A DNA stretch of 64,000 nt, from the NCBI GenBank assembly GCA_043228905.1, contig JBHGNT010000018.1, forward strand, positions 6,200,001 through 6,264,000, written 5' to 3'. This document shows, one piece after another, positions 49,488 through 62,300 of this stretch. A program made the translations under genes and the position numbers. The notes beneath the pieces are model-generated. The model was not told where the DNA came from. It worked only from the letters and a program-made list of their open reading frames with translations, and did not search any database. The stretch comes from Azolla caroliniana. Taxonomy: Eukaryota; Plantae; Polypodiophyta. The stretch's first letter is position 1, and the number at the start of each line of letters is the position of its first letter.

Positions 49488-51850
49488 AGAGTTTACAAGA
49501 AGTATGTAATAGTTTGAACATGTGCCGCCAAAATTTTGAGATGAATTCGGGACCCCGATCACTAATAATATCATCTAGAAGACCGTGATGGCGAAACACC
49601 TCCCACATGAGTAAATCAGCTATCTCTTGGCTAGTAATGGTCTTCGTGCATGGGAGGAAATGTGCCATCTTCATAAAACGATCTACTATTGTGAGAATAG
49701 AATCAAAATCCTTGGAATGTGGAAGATCCGTAATAAAGTCCAAGGAAATAGATTTCCATGGGCTCTCGGGAATATGCATTGGCTGTAATAAGGCATATGG
49801 ATGACGTCGAGGCTTTTTTGATCGACAACATGTATCAGAACTACGAACATAATCCGTAACAAAATGGCGAAGCCATGGCCACCAATATCGGCGAGAAATC
49901 AACTCAAAAGTCTTGTGGATGCCGAAATGTCTAGCCATTGGTGTGTCATGGCATTGTTGCACGACTTCGAGTCAAGAAGGGCCGTCAGGCACATACAAGA
50001 AAGTTTGTCGAAAAAGTAAACCATCATGCCAACTGAACTGGGTGTAGTCTAGACGAGGATTTTGAGATTGGGAGCTGGAAGCACGATCTAGGGTAATATG
50101 GCTCAAAATCTCTTGGGCGAATCCATCGGTCGCAATATGCTCCCAAATGGAATCAAGAAGCCTTGAATCTCCTGGTGTGTTGATAGTATTCATTACCATT
50201 AGTCGTAGATGATTAGGACATAAGAGGATTTGCTTTTGACTTTCAAATGCGACCCCTCCTAGTTGAAGTTCCATATATGAACATCGAGATAAAGCATATG
50301 CTTTTCCTTGTTGCATCCCAGGGTGATATAGAATTACGAAATCAAAACGAGTTAAGAACTGTGCCCAACAAGCTTGTCGACGATTCAAGACTCAAGTACT
50401 TTGGAAGTATGTTAGATTTTGTGATCATTATAGACAATAATTCGTTGAGAAGAACCATCCAAAAAATAACGCCATTGTTGAAAAGAATCCACAATGGCAA
50501 GAAGCTCTTTGTCGTGAATCTCATAGTTGATTTCTATGGCTTCAAATTTCCATGAGTGAAAAGCCACAGGGTGCAGTTCACCATCATTGCCAATCTGGGA
50601 TAGTACGCTTCCGAGTGTGAAGTCAAATGCATTAGCTTCAAGTATAAAGTGCCTCATTGGATCGACCTGCATTAAAATTGGTGCAGATGTAAACGCTTGC
50701 TTTAAAGCCTCAAATGCAGAGTTCGCATCTGTACTCCATGTTGGGAGACAGGTCCCTCCGGATGGGAAGGGAGAAGAACAGTGCTGATAAGGAAACCGGA
50801 TGACGAGTACCTGGCTACGGAGAGCCGGATGGTGCAAACCCGGTGAGAATCGGATGAGGAGTACCCGGCTATGGAGAGCCGGATGGTGCGGACCCGGTGA
50901 GGACCGGATGAGGAGTACCCGGCTACGGAGAGCCGGATGGTGCAGACCCGGTGAGAACCGGATGAGGAGTACCCGACTACGGAGAGCCGGATGGTGCAGA
51001 CCCGGTGAGAACCGGATGAGGAGTGCCCGGCTACGGAGAGCCGGATGATGAGTGCCCGGCAAGATCCGGATGATGCAGGCCCGGTGAGGAGCGCTCTCCG
51101 GATGAAGAGACATATTCGTAAATATGTTTCTGAGAGTCCATCGTGGCTATATTTGTAAATATCTGAAAAGTCATATTAGTATAATTATGACTTAGGGCAA
51201 ACTTTTATATATGTGTCGTTATTCTTGTCTGCGTGAGATCAGAGCGTGTAACTGTGTACAGAGAGAGAGAGAGAGAGAGAGAGAGGAAGAGGTCGTTGCC
51301 TCTGTTGTAACCGCTGCCTGTGGCGAAGATAGAAAGCTTGAGGTCGTTGCCTCGATGCTTCACTGTTGTACATTGTAACATAGTGATAGTTTGTAGCCTA
51401 TGGGCTGCTGTGGTTTTTCCCTAGTTTGGGTTTTCCATGTAAACATCCTGTGTACTCTTCTCTTCACTGTGTCGTGCATCCTTACCTGTTTTTCTGTGTT
51501 AGATTTTAGACTCGGTTGTGGCTGAGCGTCATTCATCGGAGCGTGTAGTTCCCGTCACTCCATACAAATGGTCGATCCTTTTGCGTCAGTTGAGTGAGGG
51601 GCAATACAATCTTTGAATAATCTTTGATGAACTTGCGATAAAAGTTTGCGAATCTCAAAAAACATTGTACATCTCACACAGACTGTGGTGTTTGCCAATC
51701 CAAACCTTTGATGGATCCATAGAGATGCCATTTGAAGAGACTATGTACCCCAAAAATTCCACTTGACATTAGTTGAAACTACACTTCTCAAATATTGCAT
51801 AGAGACCATACTCTCACAACCGCCGCAAAACTTGGGGAACGTGTATCTCA
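49488..51850 (-). mobile_element. Ty3/gypsy pol fragment (RT end, RNase H, integrase)
   Basis: [50 protein letters not shown]. Both ends truncated. Confidence 0.88.
50739..51557 (+). repeat. Solo copia LTR with an internal 54-bp tandem array
   Basis: TG...CA; TSD CTCCA at 50734-50738 and 51558-51562; about 5 x 54-bp units at 50796-51070. Confidence 0.92.
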
Positions 51851-54800
51851 TGTTGGGGACAAGGCCGTCAATGCGGAAGTGCGAGCAACATTCGTGATGA
51901 AGAAGAACCTGTGTATGCATGACCAAGATAGACATAGAGGGAGAGAGAGAGAGAGAGGCAAAAAAGGAAACGTTATATTCAATAGCAATAGTTACAAATA
52001 ACAACCAACCTTTACTAAAGGTTACAAAGTCATTTTATATAGTGACTATCCTAGGGCAACTGCCCTTTATGCTATTTACAAAATTAGCCCGGACTTGGGC
52101 TGTCCAAAGGGACAATGAGAATATGGCCATTATACACTCGTATTCGACACTCCTCCGTAATGGGCGTATACATGGGTTATCTAAAGAATTACAGGTATAT
52201 ATACAAGGTTTATCAGACAGATCGGTTTTGTCAGAGTCGGCAAGATCCGAAGACAGAGGACCGAACCGGTCGGGTTGGAAGAATTGAAGCCGATCCTCAG
52301 AGAACCAATGTCGGTGGTCCGAAACCATCCTGTGCTGTGTGTCCGACTTTAACCTGAACGATTTTTCGTTACACCCATCTAGTGCCGAAGGGACTGGAAA
52401 CGATCCGCCGAAAGACACTTGGTCATTCCATTTGCGACATTATCGGTTGTGGATATCTTCTCGAGACCAATTTTCCCTGAAATGACGGAGTCTCGAACGA
52501 AGTGATATCGAACGTCGATATGCTTAGAGGCGTTGTGGTGAACTGGATTCTTTGACAAAGCAACAACATCCTAATTGTCGCTGTAGACAACTGGAGTCGA
52601 GTCGGAGTCGACCTGTCGAAACGTGTGCGCCAGCCGACCGAGCCATAAAGCTTCTTTTGCCATGTCGGACGCAGCTACATATTCCACTTCAGTTATTGAG
52701 GTGGTTGAGCACGCTTGAAGTTTTGATTTCCACGAGATTGCTCCATTGCCGAATTTGAAATAGTATCCAGTTGTTGATTTCCGACTCTCCACACAGCCGG
52801 TGAAGTCCGAGTTGGTGTAACTGACTACGCCTGAGGTTGAGTTCGGACCGAAAAGAATGCGATGGTCTTTTGTGCCAGCTAGATATCTGAACACTGCTTG
52901 ACTACATTCCAATGCGATCGGCTGGGGTTGTGCATGAATCTGCTGACGACTCCTACGACATGAGAGATATCAGGCCATGTCGCGACCATCGCGTACATGT
53001 GGGAGCCGACTGCCGGTGCATACGGTACCGACTTCATATCTTCCCCCTCCGGACCGGATGTCGGATAGTCTCACTAAGACAACCGAAGGTTAATGGGGAG
53101 CGGGGTCGAAGCAGACTTGGCCGATTGCATGTTGAAGCGTTCTAAGACACGTCCAATGTGTATCGCGATGCCGACTAATCTTCATACCAAGTATGTGTCT
53201 TGCTGGACCGAGGTCCTTCATGGCAAACTTCAATCGCGGTTGCCGAACGAGTTCGGTGAGCTCTCCGACATGCCGACCGGAGAGTAGCATGTCGTCCACG
53301 TAGATGATGAGGAAGACGGGAGACCCGTCTTGAGTTGTTTCGGTGAAGAGAAAGTGGTCCTCATCGCTCTTTGAGAAGCCGACCGATTGGATGAAGTCGT
53401 CGAACTTCTTGTACCACTGTCGAGGTGCCTATTTCAGGCCGTAGAGACTCTTCTTGAGTCGGCAAACTAGATGTTCCTAGCCGGATGCCACAAAGCCTTT
53501 CGGCTGCTCCATATAGATTTCCTCCTGTAGGTCACCGTGGAGGAATGCCGTTTTTACATCTAGTTGAATCAGCTCCAAGTTGTCGCCGGCCATGATGCCG
53601 AGCATGAAACGAAGGGTCGTCATTTTCACCACTAGTGAAAAGATTTCGTCAAAGTCGACGCCATATTCTTGTCGAAATCCCTTCGCAACTAATCTGGCCT
53701 TGTGCTTTGGGGTGGTCGAGTCGGACGTCTCTTTTAGTCGATAGACCCACTTACACGGAAGAGCACGTCAATTCTTCAGTAATTCGACCAAGTCCCAAGT
53801 CTTGTTTGCCCGAATGGAGTGCATTTCCGACTCCATTGCGAGATGCCATGTGGCTGAATCGGCAGATGCCAATGCTTCTTCGTAAGATGTCGGTTCGCCG
53901 GTGTCGGTAAAGAAAATTCCGGGAGAGTACCTCTCCGGAGGTTGCGACAGTCTCTTGGATCTGCGAGGTATGACTGGACTAGTCGCACTGGGTGTCAATG
54001 TCGGATGGTCGGGAGCCGAGCCATTCGGTTGTGCCGAATTGGTGGATTCAGTGCGAGAGTTGTCGGTTACCCAAAAACCGATCTCTTGTTGTGGGCTGGG
54101 CCGTCATGAAGGGTTGGCACTTCGGAAAATATTACCCTTCGGACTTCAATAGGCCTTTCGGCCGTTTTATGCATAGCCAACTCGTTAAACACGACGTCTG
54201 AACTTTGGACGATTTGTCTGTGCTCGGGGTGATCTCGCCATCGGGTCCATATCCAAGAAAAACACATTTCCTTGACCTTGGTTCGAGTTTCCGATGGTCG
54301 TCTTTAGGTATGAGAGCATACGCCTCTCAACCGAAGATCATCAGTTTGTCATAATTCGGTTTACTGCCGGTCCATATTTCCTGAGGTATTTGAAGTCCTA
54401 GAGGTCTACTTGGGGACATATTGATTATGTGTACTGCCGTAAGTAGAGCCTCCACCCAGAAGCCATCCGACAGTCCGGAGTGTTGGAACATGGATACTAC
54501 GTGTTCTTGAATCGTCCGATTCATGCGTTCAACAATTCCGTTCTGCTCCAGACTCTAGGGTGCCATATATTCACGTCGAATGCCACGTTCCTGGCAAAAG
54601 TTGATGAATTCTTCAAACTTGAAATCTCCTCCATTGTCGGTTCGGAGACATTTCAGTTTCCGACCGGTCTGATTTTCGACCATTGCAAGCCATTCGGAGA
54701 AGATCGAGAACACTCGATCTTTGGTTCTGATGTGGTAGGCCCACAACTTCCGAGTCGAGTCGTTAATAAAACTGACGAAGTACGAAGCACCGTCGAGAGA

Positions 54801-57181
54801 GTGATGTGGCATCGGGCCACAGACGTCCGAATGGACCAAATCGAGGGGGCTTGATTCTCTTGGTGCTGATGTTGGGTGTGATGCGGCTACCTGTTTGCCG
54901 TACTGGCAATGCTCGCAGAATTGGTGATCCGAGAAGGAGAGTTTGGGGATGTAACTGGCTCTGGATAGGTGTGTTATTCCAGTCTTGTTGAGATGTCCAA
55001 GTCATCCGTGCCATAACGATGACACGGGGATATCAACAAAAAATAAGTCACCCTCTTTGAGTGTGACATATAAAGGGTACAAGGAATGTACCTTTGGTCC
55101 TCGAGCAAGGAGGAGCTTCCCTTTGTGGAGTGTCCACCCTCTTGATGAGAATCCGGCATGGATGCCGGCTTCGTCAAGTTGTTTGACTGAGATCAGGGGT
55201 CTTGACAGCTCAAGAACGTGTCAGACGTTGTGTAGTACGAGTGTAGAGCCTCCCGGAAGATTGAGCTCTACGGTGCTGATTCCGATTATAGCACAGTGAT
55301 GCAAGTTTCCGACTCGAACTAAGTCGGAGTGCGGGTCCGAGTATTGCCGAAACTGAGATCGGTGAGGTGTCACATGATATGATGCGCCCGAGTCTAGGAG
55401 CCATGTGCTCGAGTCCTCAGTCGTAAGCAGAACTTTTGATTCGACTGGGTTCTCTATGGACAATATGTTCGGGTCGGTCGTCAAAATTTCGGCTGAAGAG
55501 CCGACGTAGTTGACCTCCTCATGCCAACTACTCTTCTGATCCGTTCTTTGAGCTTTGTCGGTTTTTGCTTTGAGTGCCTGGCAGTCGGCTTTGATGTGTC
55601 CCGGTTTCTTGCAGTAGTTGCAGATTCGGTTGTCCCGGGACTTGCTCCGGCTTCGTTGATTGTTCAGCGGTCGGGAAGAACTTCTTCCCCGATTGTTCGA
55701 TTGGTCGGTCGAACCTTGTACTACGTAAGCTTCATCTGCTGAGTTTTTGGCGAAGGACTTTCTTCGAGTTGCTTCAGTCAGGATTGCGCTCGTGACTTCG
55801 GAGTACTTAACGGAAGCTATTGAAGCATTGCACACGGTTGTAACGAAAGTTTCCCATGAAGAGGGGAGACTACTCATGAGTATCATTGCTCTTAGTTCAT
55901 CCTCAATTGCCGTCCCCTGAGACGAGATTTGGGAGCTTATGCTTTCGTACTCGTTGAGGTGTGCCTGAACCGAATCAGATTCTTTCATACGCAAATTGTA
56001 GAGGCGCCGGATCAGGTACATCTTCGTTGCGATGACCTTCTTTTCATAAGTTTCCGACAGTGTTTTCCAAAGTTCAAACGTTGTCATGCATGATTGTATT
56101 GTGAAGTACACTGACTCCGACAAGTGCATCCGAATTGTGGCTCGGACAATTCTGTCCAGCTTTAGCCACTCGTTTGCCTTGTATGCTTCTGGAGGATTTT
56201 CGTTCTCGATCGGGTCTATCTGACCCTTGACTATGAGATAGTCCTGCATTTGTTCCTTCTAGAAGTTGAATTTCGAACTGTCGAACCTCCTTAGACTCAT
56301 CTCCGATGAGCCGGATGTTGATGCCATCTGCTTCGGTTTCGGTTGGTAAGACTACGAACCTTAGTGGGGTGCAGCCGGTCGGCTCACCCGATATCGTTCT
56401 AGTCGGTTTGGTTTCGGATACTTGTTGTTGAACTTGCTCGGAGTGACTCCGGTAACTTGAGGGACAAAACCGGCTGGTCTTCCCGAATGTTGCCGAGTCG
56501 GAGTGAGCCCGGTTAGCTTCCGATTACCGATTACGCGAAACTAATTGTTTGGGCTGATTTTGCTTTGGATGACTGCAACGATGAGAGGGATGGATCCAAC
56601 TAATCCGACTAATCCCAACGGATGACCTTTTCGGATGTTGTTTAACCGAATGAAGCACAATTGAGCCGGTTTTTGCTCAAGGAGTTCCCCTCAAGCGGTT
56701 ACAATCACAGGAACAGGGAACAACCGACTGGCTTACTCCAATTTGTGATTTAACACAATAAGATGCGAGCTCGTCTTTTTCTTCTCCCTTCTCTGTTCTT
56801 CAAAGAAAACGAAAACAGAATGTTGTGTTGTGTGATGACGGCCGGCAGTGGGTTGAAGAACCTCCAACGCTCTGATACCAAATGTTGGGGACAAGGCCGT
56901 CAATGCGTAAGTGCAAGCAACATTCGTGATGAAGAAGAACCTGTGTATGTATGAGCAAGATAGACACACAGAGAGAGAGAGAGAGAGAGAGAAAAGGAAA
57001 CATTATATTCAATAGCAACAGTTACAAATAACAACCAACCTTTACTAAAGGTTACAATAGGGCATTTTATATAGTGACTATCCTAGGGCAACTGCCCTTT
57101 ATGCTATTTACAGAATTAGCCCGGACTTGGGTTGTCCAAAGGGACAATGTGAATACGGCCATTATACACTCGTATTCGACA
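51851..57181 (-). mobile_element. Degenerate full-length copia, same family as the intact element at 1-5483
   Basis: LTRs at 51851-52149 and 56883-57181; PBS at about 56869-56880; gag-pol highly similar to 457-4473 but with stops and frameshifts; no matching TSD. Confidence 0.93.
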
Positions 57182-58086
57182 ACTCGGACGGAGTGTTGTA
57201 ATCTTTCGATTGTACATCCACTGTATAGTGAAGTTCTGTTTACCCGTGGTTTTCTCCTGCTTTAGGGTTTCCACGTAAAACTCTGCGTACTCTGTCGTTG
57301 TGTACCTGTGTTGTGTATTTTCATCATCGTTTGATCTTGTGATTTTACGAATCGATCTCCATCAATCTGGTATCAGAGCTTGAGGTGCAAGCATGGAAGG
57401 AGGTGTGAGCGGTTTCCCATGTATGATAGTTCTAAACTCACATAACTATGCCGACTAGAAGATAAAGATGGAGGACCTACTCATAGTAAAAGACTTGTAC
57501 GAGCCAGTCGACAAAGCAAATATACCCAGGGGGGGTATTGGAGTTAGAATGGAAACTTCTCAACAGAAAGGCACTGGCCACCATCCGACAGTGCGTCAAC
57601 GTAAGTGTCCTGTAGCATGTGGCGAATGACACAAATGCCCACGAGATATTGCAAAAGTTGTTGGGTCTATATGAGAAGAAGAATGCACTACATAAAACCT
57701 CACTGATGAGAAAGATTGTACAGCTGAAATGCAGAGACAGTGAGACCATCATCGAACACATAAGCACATTCGTGGGGTATGTAAATCAACTTGCTACAAC
57801 TAAGTTCCCCTTGGATGATGCGATGCAGGCCATTTTGCTAATGTGCACACTACTAGATAGCTGGGAGAACCTGGTGGTTACTCTCAACACCTCTTGTCAA
57901 GAAGAGAACTTGTCTTTACAAGCGGTGGAGACAAGCATCCTAAATGAGGGGGCAAGAAGGAAGGACAAGGGAGTCCTGGCTCAGTTGGAGTCGAATGTAA
58001 CACAACATTGGGACAGAGGAAGGAACCGGCAAAGAAGTTCACCAAGGAGAGAAAAGTCCCAAGCCAGATTGAAGTCCAGAGGTAAG

Positions 58087-59352
58087 TGTAAAACAAAGGT
58101 GCGGAAGCGTTAGACAACCGACTTAGCCGGATAGCAACAAAGAGAGAGAGAGATTAATACACAGAAGGTACGTAGGAGAGACAGAGAAAGAGCAGAACAA
58201 CTTGAATCTATTATCAACAACTCTGTAAAAGTCTCTGTGTATACAACGTGCTCAACAACACTATTTATACAAGTCCTAAGAGGATTGACAAAAGTACGGT
58301 GTACTTCAATGCTTACACGAGCGTCTAACACTAACTACGAGACATTAACTACCTAGTAGTCTAGGTTGTTACTAGGCTTCCGGTTACTGCTGGATCCAGC
58401 TAACTGGCTCCCCAGCTCACCGACTCACCATGGTTGTTTGCGTACCCATATTTAACGTTTAAATACGTATAGTACCACATCATTTGTATAGTACGTACTA
58501 TACCTTAATGTTGTTCAGTCAAATATCATGTACATTTCTCCAATAAGGTATTTAACGTATTTATAAAAAAACAGGTATAATACGTATTTATAAAGAAAAT
58601 GTAAGTAAAACCCTAACAAAAAGCAAAAGAAAAAAAAGATTTTAGTGAAAAAGAAGCCAAAGGAAGGAAGAAAGAAGAATAGAAGAGACGAGGATGAAGA
58701 AGATGAAGAAGAAGAAGAGAGAAAAGAAGACATAAACCTGTCCTAAGTGTGATAATCGCAGAAGATAGAAGAAGAAGAAGAAGAAAATGAAGAAAAGAGA
58801 AACCTATCATGAGTGTGATAATCGTAGACGATTCCTCAATCTATGAAGACATAATTGTAAATAATTACAATTTGAAATAGAACATTGTGATACACACTTA
58901 CACTGATTTATAGAATAAGGGAATGTCGACAACCATATTACTACAAGTATTTTAGGATGTGAAATGTTCAAATGTCTTATATTGCATTTTAGGATGTAGA
59001 ACTATATTGTACATCACAAAATTGTGTAAACATAGATGTTTTTTACAATATTATAGATATTTTTTAGAAAGGTAAATAATTTTCAAATTCTAGAAGTATT
59101 TAACGTACTATACGTAAAATACGTATTTTACGTACTTTACGTACTTTATAAGTATTTAAGATATTAAGAAAACGTATTTAACGTATTTTTAAATTGGGAG
59201 GTACTATACGGGTATTAATACGTTAAATACGTATGATATCTGTACTGTACCTAACAACCTTGCGGTTCACCGATCCGGCTCATCCTTCCGAATGCCAATC
59301 CGGCTCAGGCTTATTCAGCCAATCCAGATCCGGTTGAGCTTGCCGCTCAACA
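58087..59352 (-). repeat. Solo LTR (related to the LTR at 44330) inserted in the host gag
   Basis: TGTAAAA...GCTCAACA; TSD GTAAG at 58082-58086 and 59353-59357; host gag resumes with LVCFYCGK. Confidence 0.88.
58429..59262. mobile_element. Second copy of the hAT MITE, inverted relative to 45887-46704
   Basis: CATGGTTGTT...AACAACCTTG; degenerate 8-bp TSD cgactcac/cggttcac; body is the reverse complement of the first copy. Confidence 0.88.
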
Positions 59353-62300
59353 GTAAGCTAGTGTGCTTTTACTGTGGTAAACCTAGACACTTCCAGAAGG
59401 ACTGCCGACACATGAGAAAAGACAAGGGTGTCGGAAACAATGTCGAACCCAGGAAGATTCATGATGAGAAGAACACTTTTGCCATTGCTACGAGCAATGA
59501 AGAACTGTTGTTCATCTGCGAATAGACAAGTGCAAATCTTGCAAGTGAAGAATGCACTTGGGTGATTGATTCCGGGGCATCGTTCCACATAACTCCGTCG
59601 AGAGAGCATTTCTTGACTTACATAGCCAAAGATCACGGTTATGTGAAGATGGGTAATAGTGGAGAGTGCAAGATAACCGGAGTCGGAAGTGTCTGCTTGA
59701 CGACGTCGACAGGGTGTCGACTCACTCTGAAGGATGTTTGACACATCTCTGATATTAGATTGAATCTAATATCGACTGGAATGTTAGATGACAATGGCTA
59801 TAGTGGTAGCTTTCGGAATGGCAAGTGGAAGTTCTGCCGAGGGAATCTTATAGTGGCCCAAGCACAAAAAGAAGGCACATTATATATGATGCATGCCCGA
59901 CTGTGCAAATCGGAAGTAAATGTGGCAGCCGATTCGGAAGGAGAGATATGGCATAAGAGGCTAGGCCACATCAATGAGAAAGGAATGCACCTACAAGCCG
60001 ACCAAAAGCTTCTACCAGAAGTCAAGGCAGTGCACTTGGAGAAGTGCGTTGACTGCTTAGTTGGAAAGCAAAACAGAACAACATTCCACGTAAGACCACC
60101 GAGAAGAAGAGAAGCATCGTTGGAACTGGTACACATGGATGTGTGCTATGTTGATGCTCCATAGCATCGTGGTGGACAGTACTTTGTGACGTTTATTGAC
60201 GACTATAGTCGGAAGACATGGGCCTTCGTACTGAAGTCGAAGGATCAAGTATTGTCAGTTTTCAAGGAGTTTCAGGCTAGAGCTGAATGAGAGTCAGGTT
60301 GGAAGTTGAAGGTTGTCCGAACCGACAACGGTGGCGAATATAGAGGGCAGTTTGAGGAGTACTGCAAGTGCCAAGGTATTCGGATCGAATACTCAGTGCC
60401 AAAGACCCCAGAGTTGAACGGGCTTGTAGAGAGGATGAATTGAACAATCATGGAGAGGGTAAGGAGCATGCTCTCTCATGCGAAACTGCCGAAATCCTAT
60501 TGGGCTAAGGCGATGTACATAGTTGTTTTTCTGATCAATAGGTCTCCCTCAATACCATTAAAGGGTGATGTTCCACTGAGAGTGTGGATAGGGAAGGATG
60601 TCTCCTACCAACACCTGAGGGTGTTTGGATGTTTGGTGTATATGCATGTACCGAAGGATCAAAGGTCAAAGCTCGATAGTAAGATGAAAGCATGCATATT
60701 CATGGGATACTCGGAAGATGAGTTCGGCTATAGGCTATGGGACCTAGTCGACAAGAAGATAGTGAGAAGTCGGGACATAGCCTTTCTTGAAGATAAGACG
60801 ATTGAAGATTGGAAGTAGCAGAAGTCGGAACCGACTCCCCAGTCAACCTCGACTACCATCAACTTAAGGCCAAGTGAATCAGCATTGTCAGCTGTTCGGA
60901 AACGTCCAGTCGGCACAGCCAAATCCGAGTCGATCGACTCGGAGAGACCGATTGACTATGAGTCTGAGTCAGCAAAGCTCCCAAGGTCAATTGAAGAGTA
61001 TGAGTTGGAGTTGTCCAACCTAGAGATGTCGATTGACATGCAGGAACCTTTGCGGAGAGAAGAGTTGGTAGAGACATCCGAAAGAGAGCCAACAACGAGT
61101 GGAAGGAGATACCCACTCAGAGAAAGGAAAGCACTGACAACATATGTCAGTCAATACATCCTCTTGACTGATGAAGGTGAACCGGAGTGCTATGAAGAAG
61201 CCATTGCCGACGAGCACAGAGAGAAATGGTTGAGAGCGATGCAAGATGAGATGGAATCCTTGCACGAGAATTACACCTATGACCTAGTAGAGCTGTCGAA
61301 AGGTAAGAGAGCAGTTAGGAATAAGTGGGTCTACAAGGTGAAGATTGGAGAAGCCGACAGTGAGCCCAGGTATAAAGCCCGCATAGTGGTGAAGGGCTTT
61401 CAATAGAAAAAGGGTGTCCACTTTGACGAAATATTCGCACCAGTTGTGAAGATGACATCCATTCGAATTGTTCTGAGTATAGCAGCCAGTATGGACTTGG
61501 AGATCGAATTCTTACACGGGGAGCTAGAAGAAGAAATCTACATGTAGTAACCCCAAGTCTTTGAGAAGAAAGGGAAAGAGAACTTGGTGTGTCGACTGAA
61601 GAAAATCTTGTACAGTCTGAAACAAGCTCCATGCCAATGGTACAAGAAGTTCGAGTCCTTCATTATGGAACACTGGTTCCAGAAAACACAGGCGGATCAC
61701 TGTTTGTTCGTCAAAAGGTACGAAGAAGGAGACTTCTTGATTCTCTTGTTATATGTTGATGACATGTTGATAGTTGGTCAAGATACAAGGAAGATTGGAA
61801 GCTTGAAGAAAGATCTAGGCAGGTCGTTTGCCATGAAAGACCTTGGACCGGCTAAACAGATATTAGGAATGCACATAGTTCGAGACAGAACTGAAAAGGT
61901 GCTATGGTTGTCACAACAAAAGTATGTGACGAAGATCCTGGAGAGATTCAACATGTCAGACGCAAAGCCAGTCGGTTCGGTGTTGCCGACAAACTGCAGG
62001 TTGAATGCGAAGCAGTGGCCGAAAGGGGAGAAGGAGAAGGCCGAGATGAGGATGATACCATATGCGTCGGCCGTCGGCAGTCTAATGTATGCTATGGTAT
62101 GTACTAGACTAGACATAGCATTTGTTGTGGGAGCAGTAAGCCGATATATGAGTAATCCAGGAAGAGAACACTAGGCAACGGTGAAATGGATACTCAGTTA
62201 CTTGAAAGGCACCTCGAGGGTGTGCCTTAGGTATGGTGTTGGAAAACCTATGTTGGAAGGTTTTACCGATTCGAACATGTCGGGAGATGTAGACTCGAGT

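Noticed and set aside
50796-51070. CRISPR-like appearance of regular repeats (also 23971-24232 and 42148-42233)
   Set aside because: The units are head-to-tail without unique spacers, there are no cas genes, and the context is eukaryotic TE.
50412-51113. 233-aa ORF with 18-aa repeats fused to RNase H
   Set aside because: Chance read-through from the solo-LTR tandem array into the interrupted gypsy pol.
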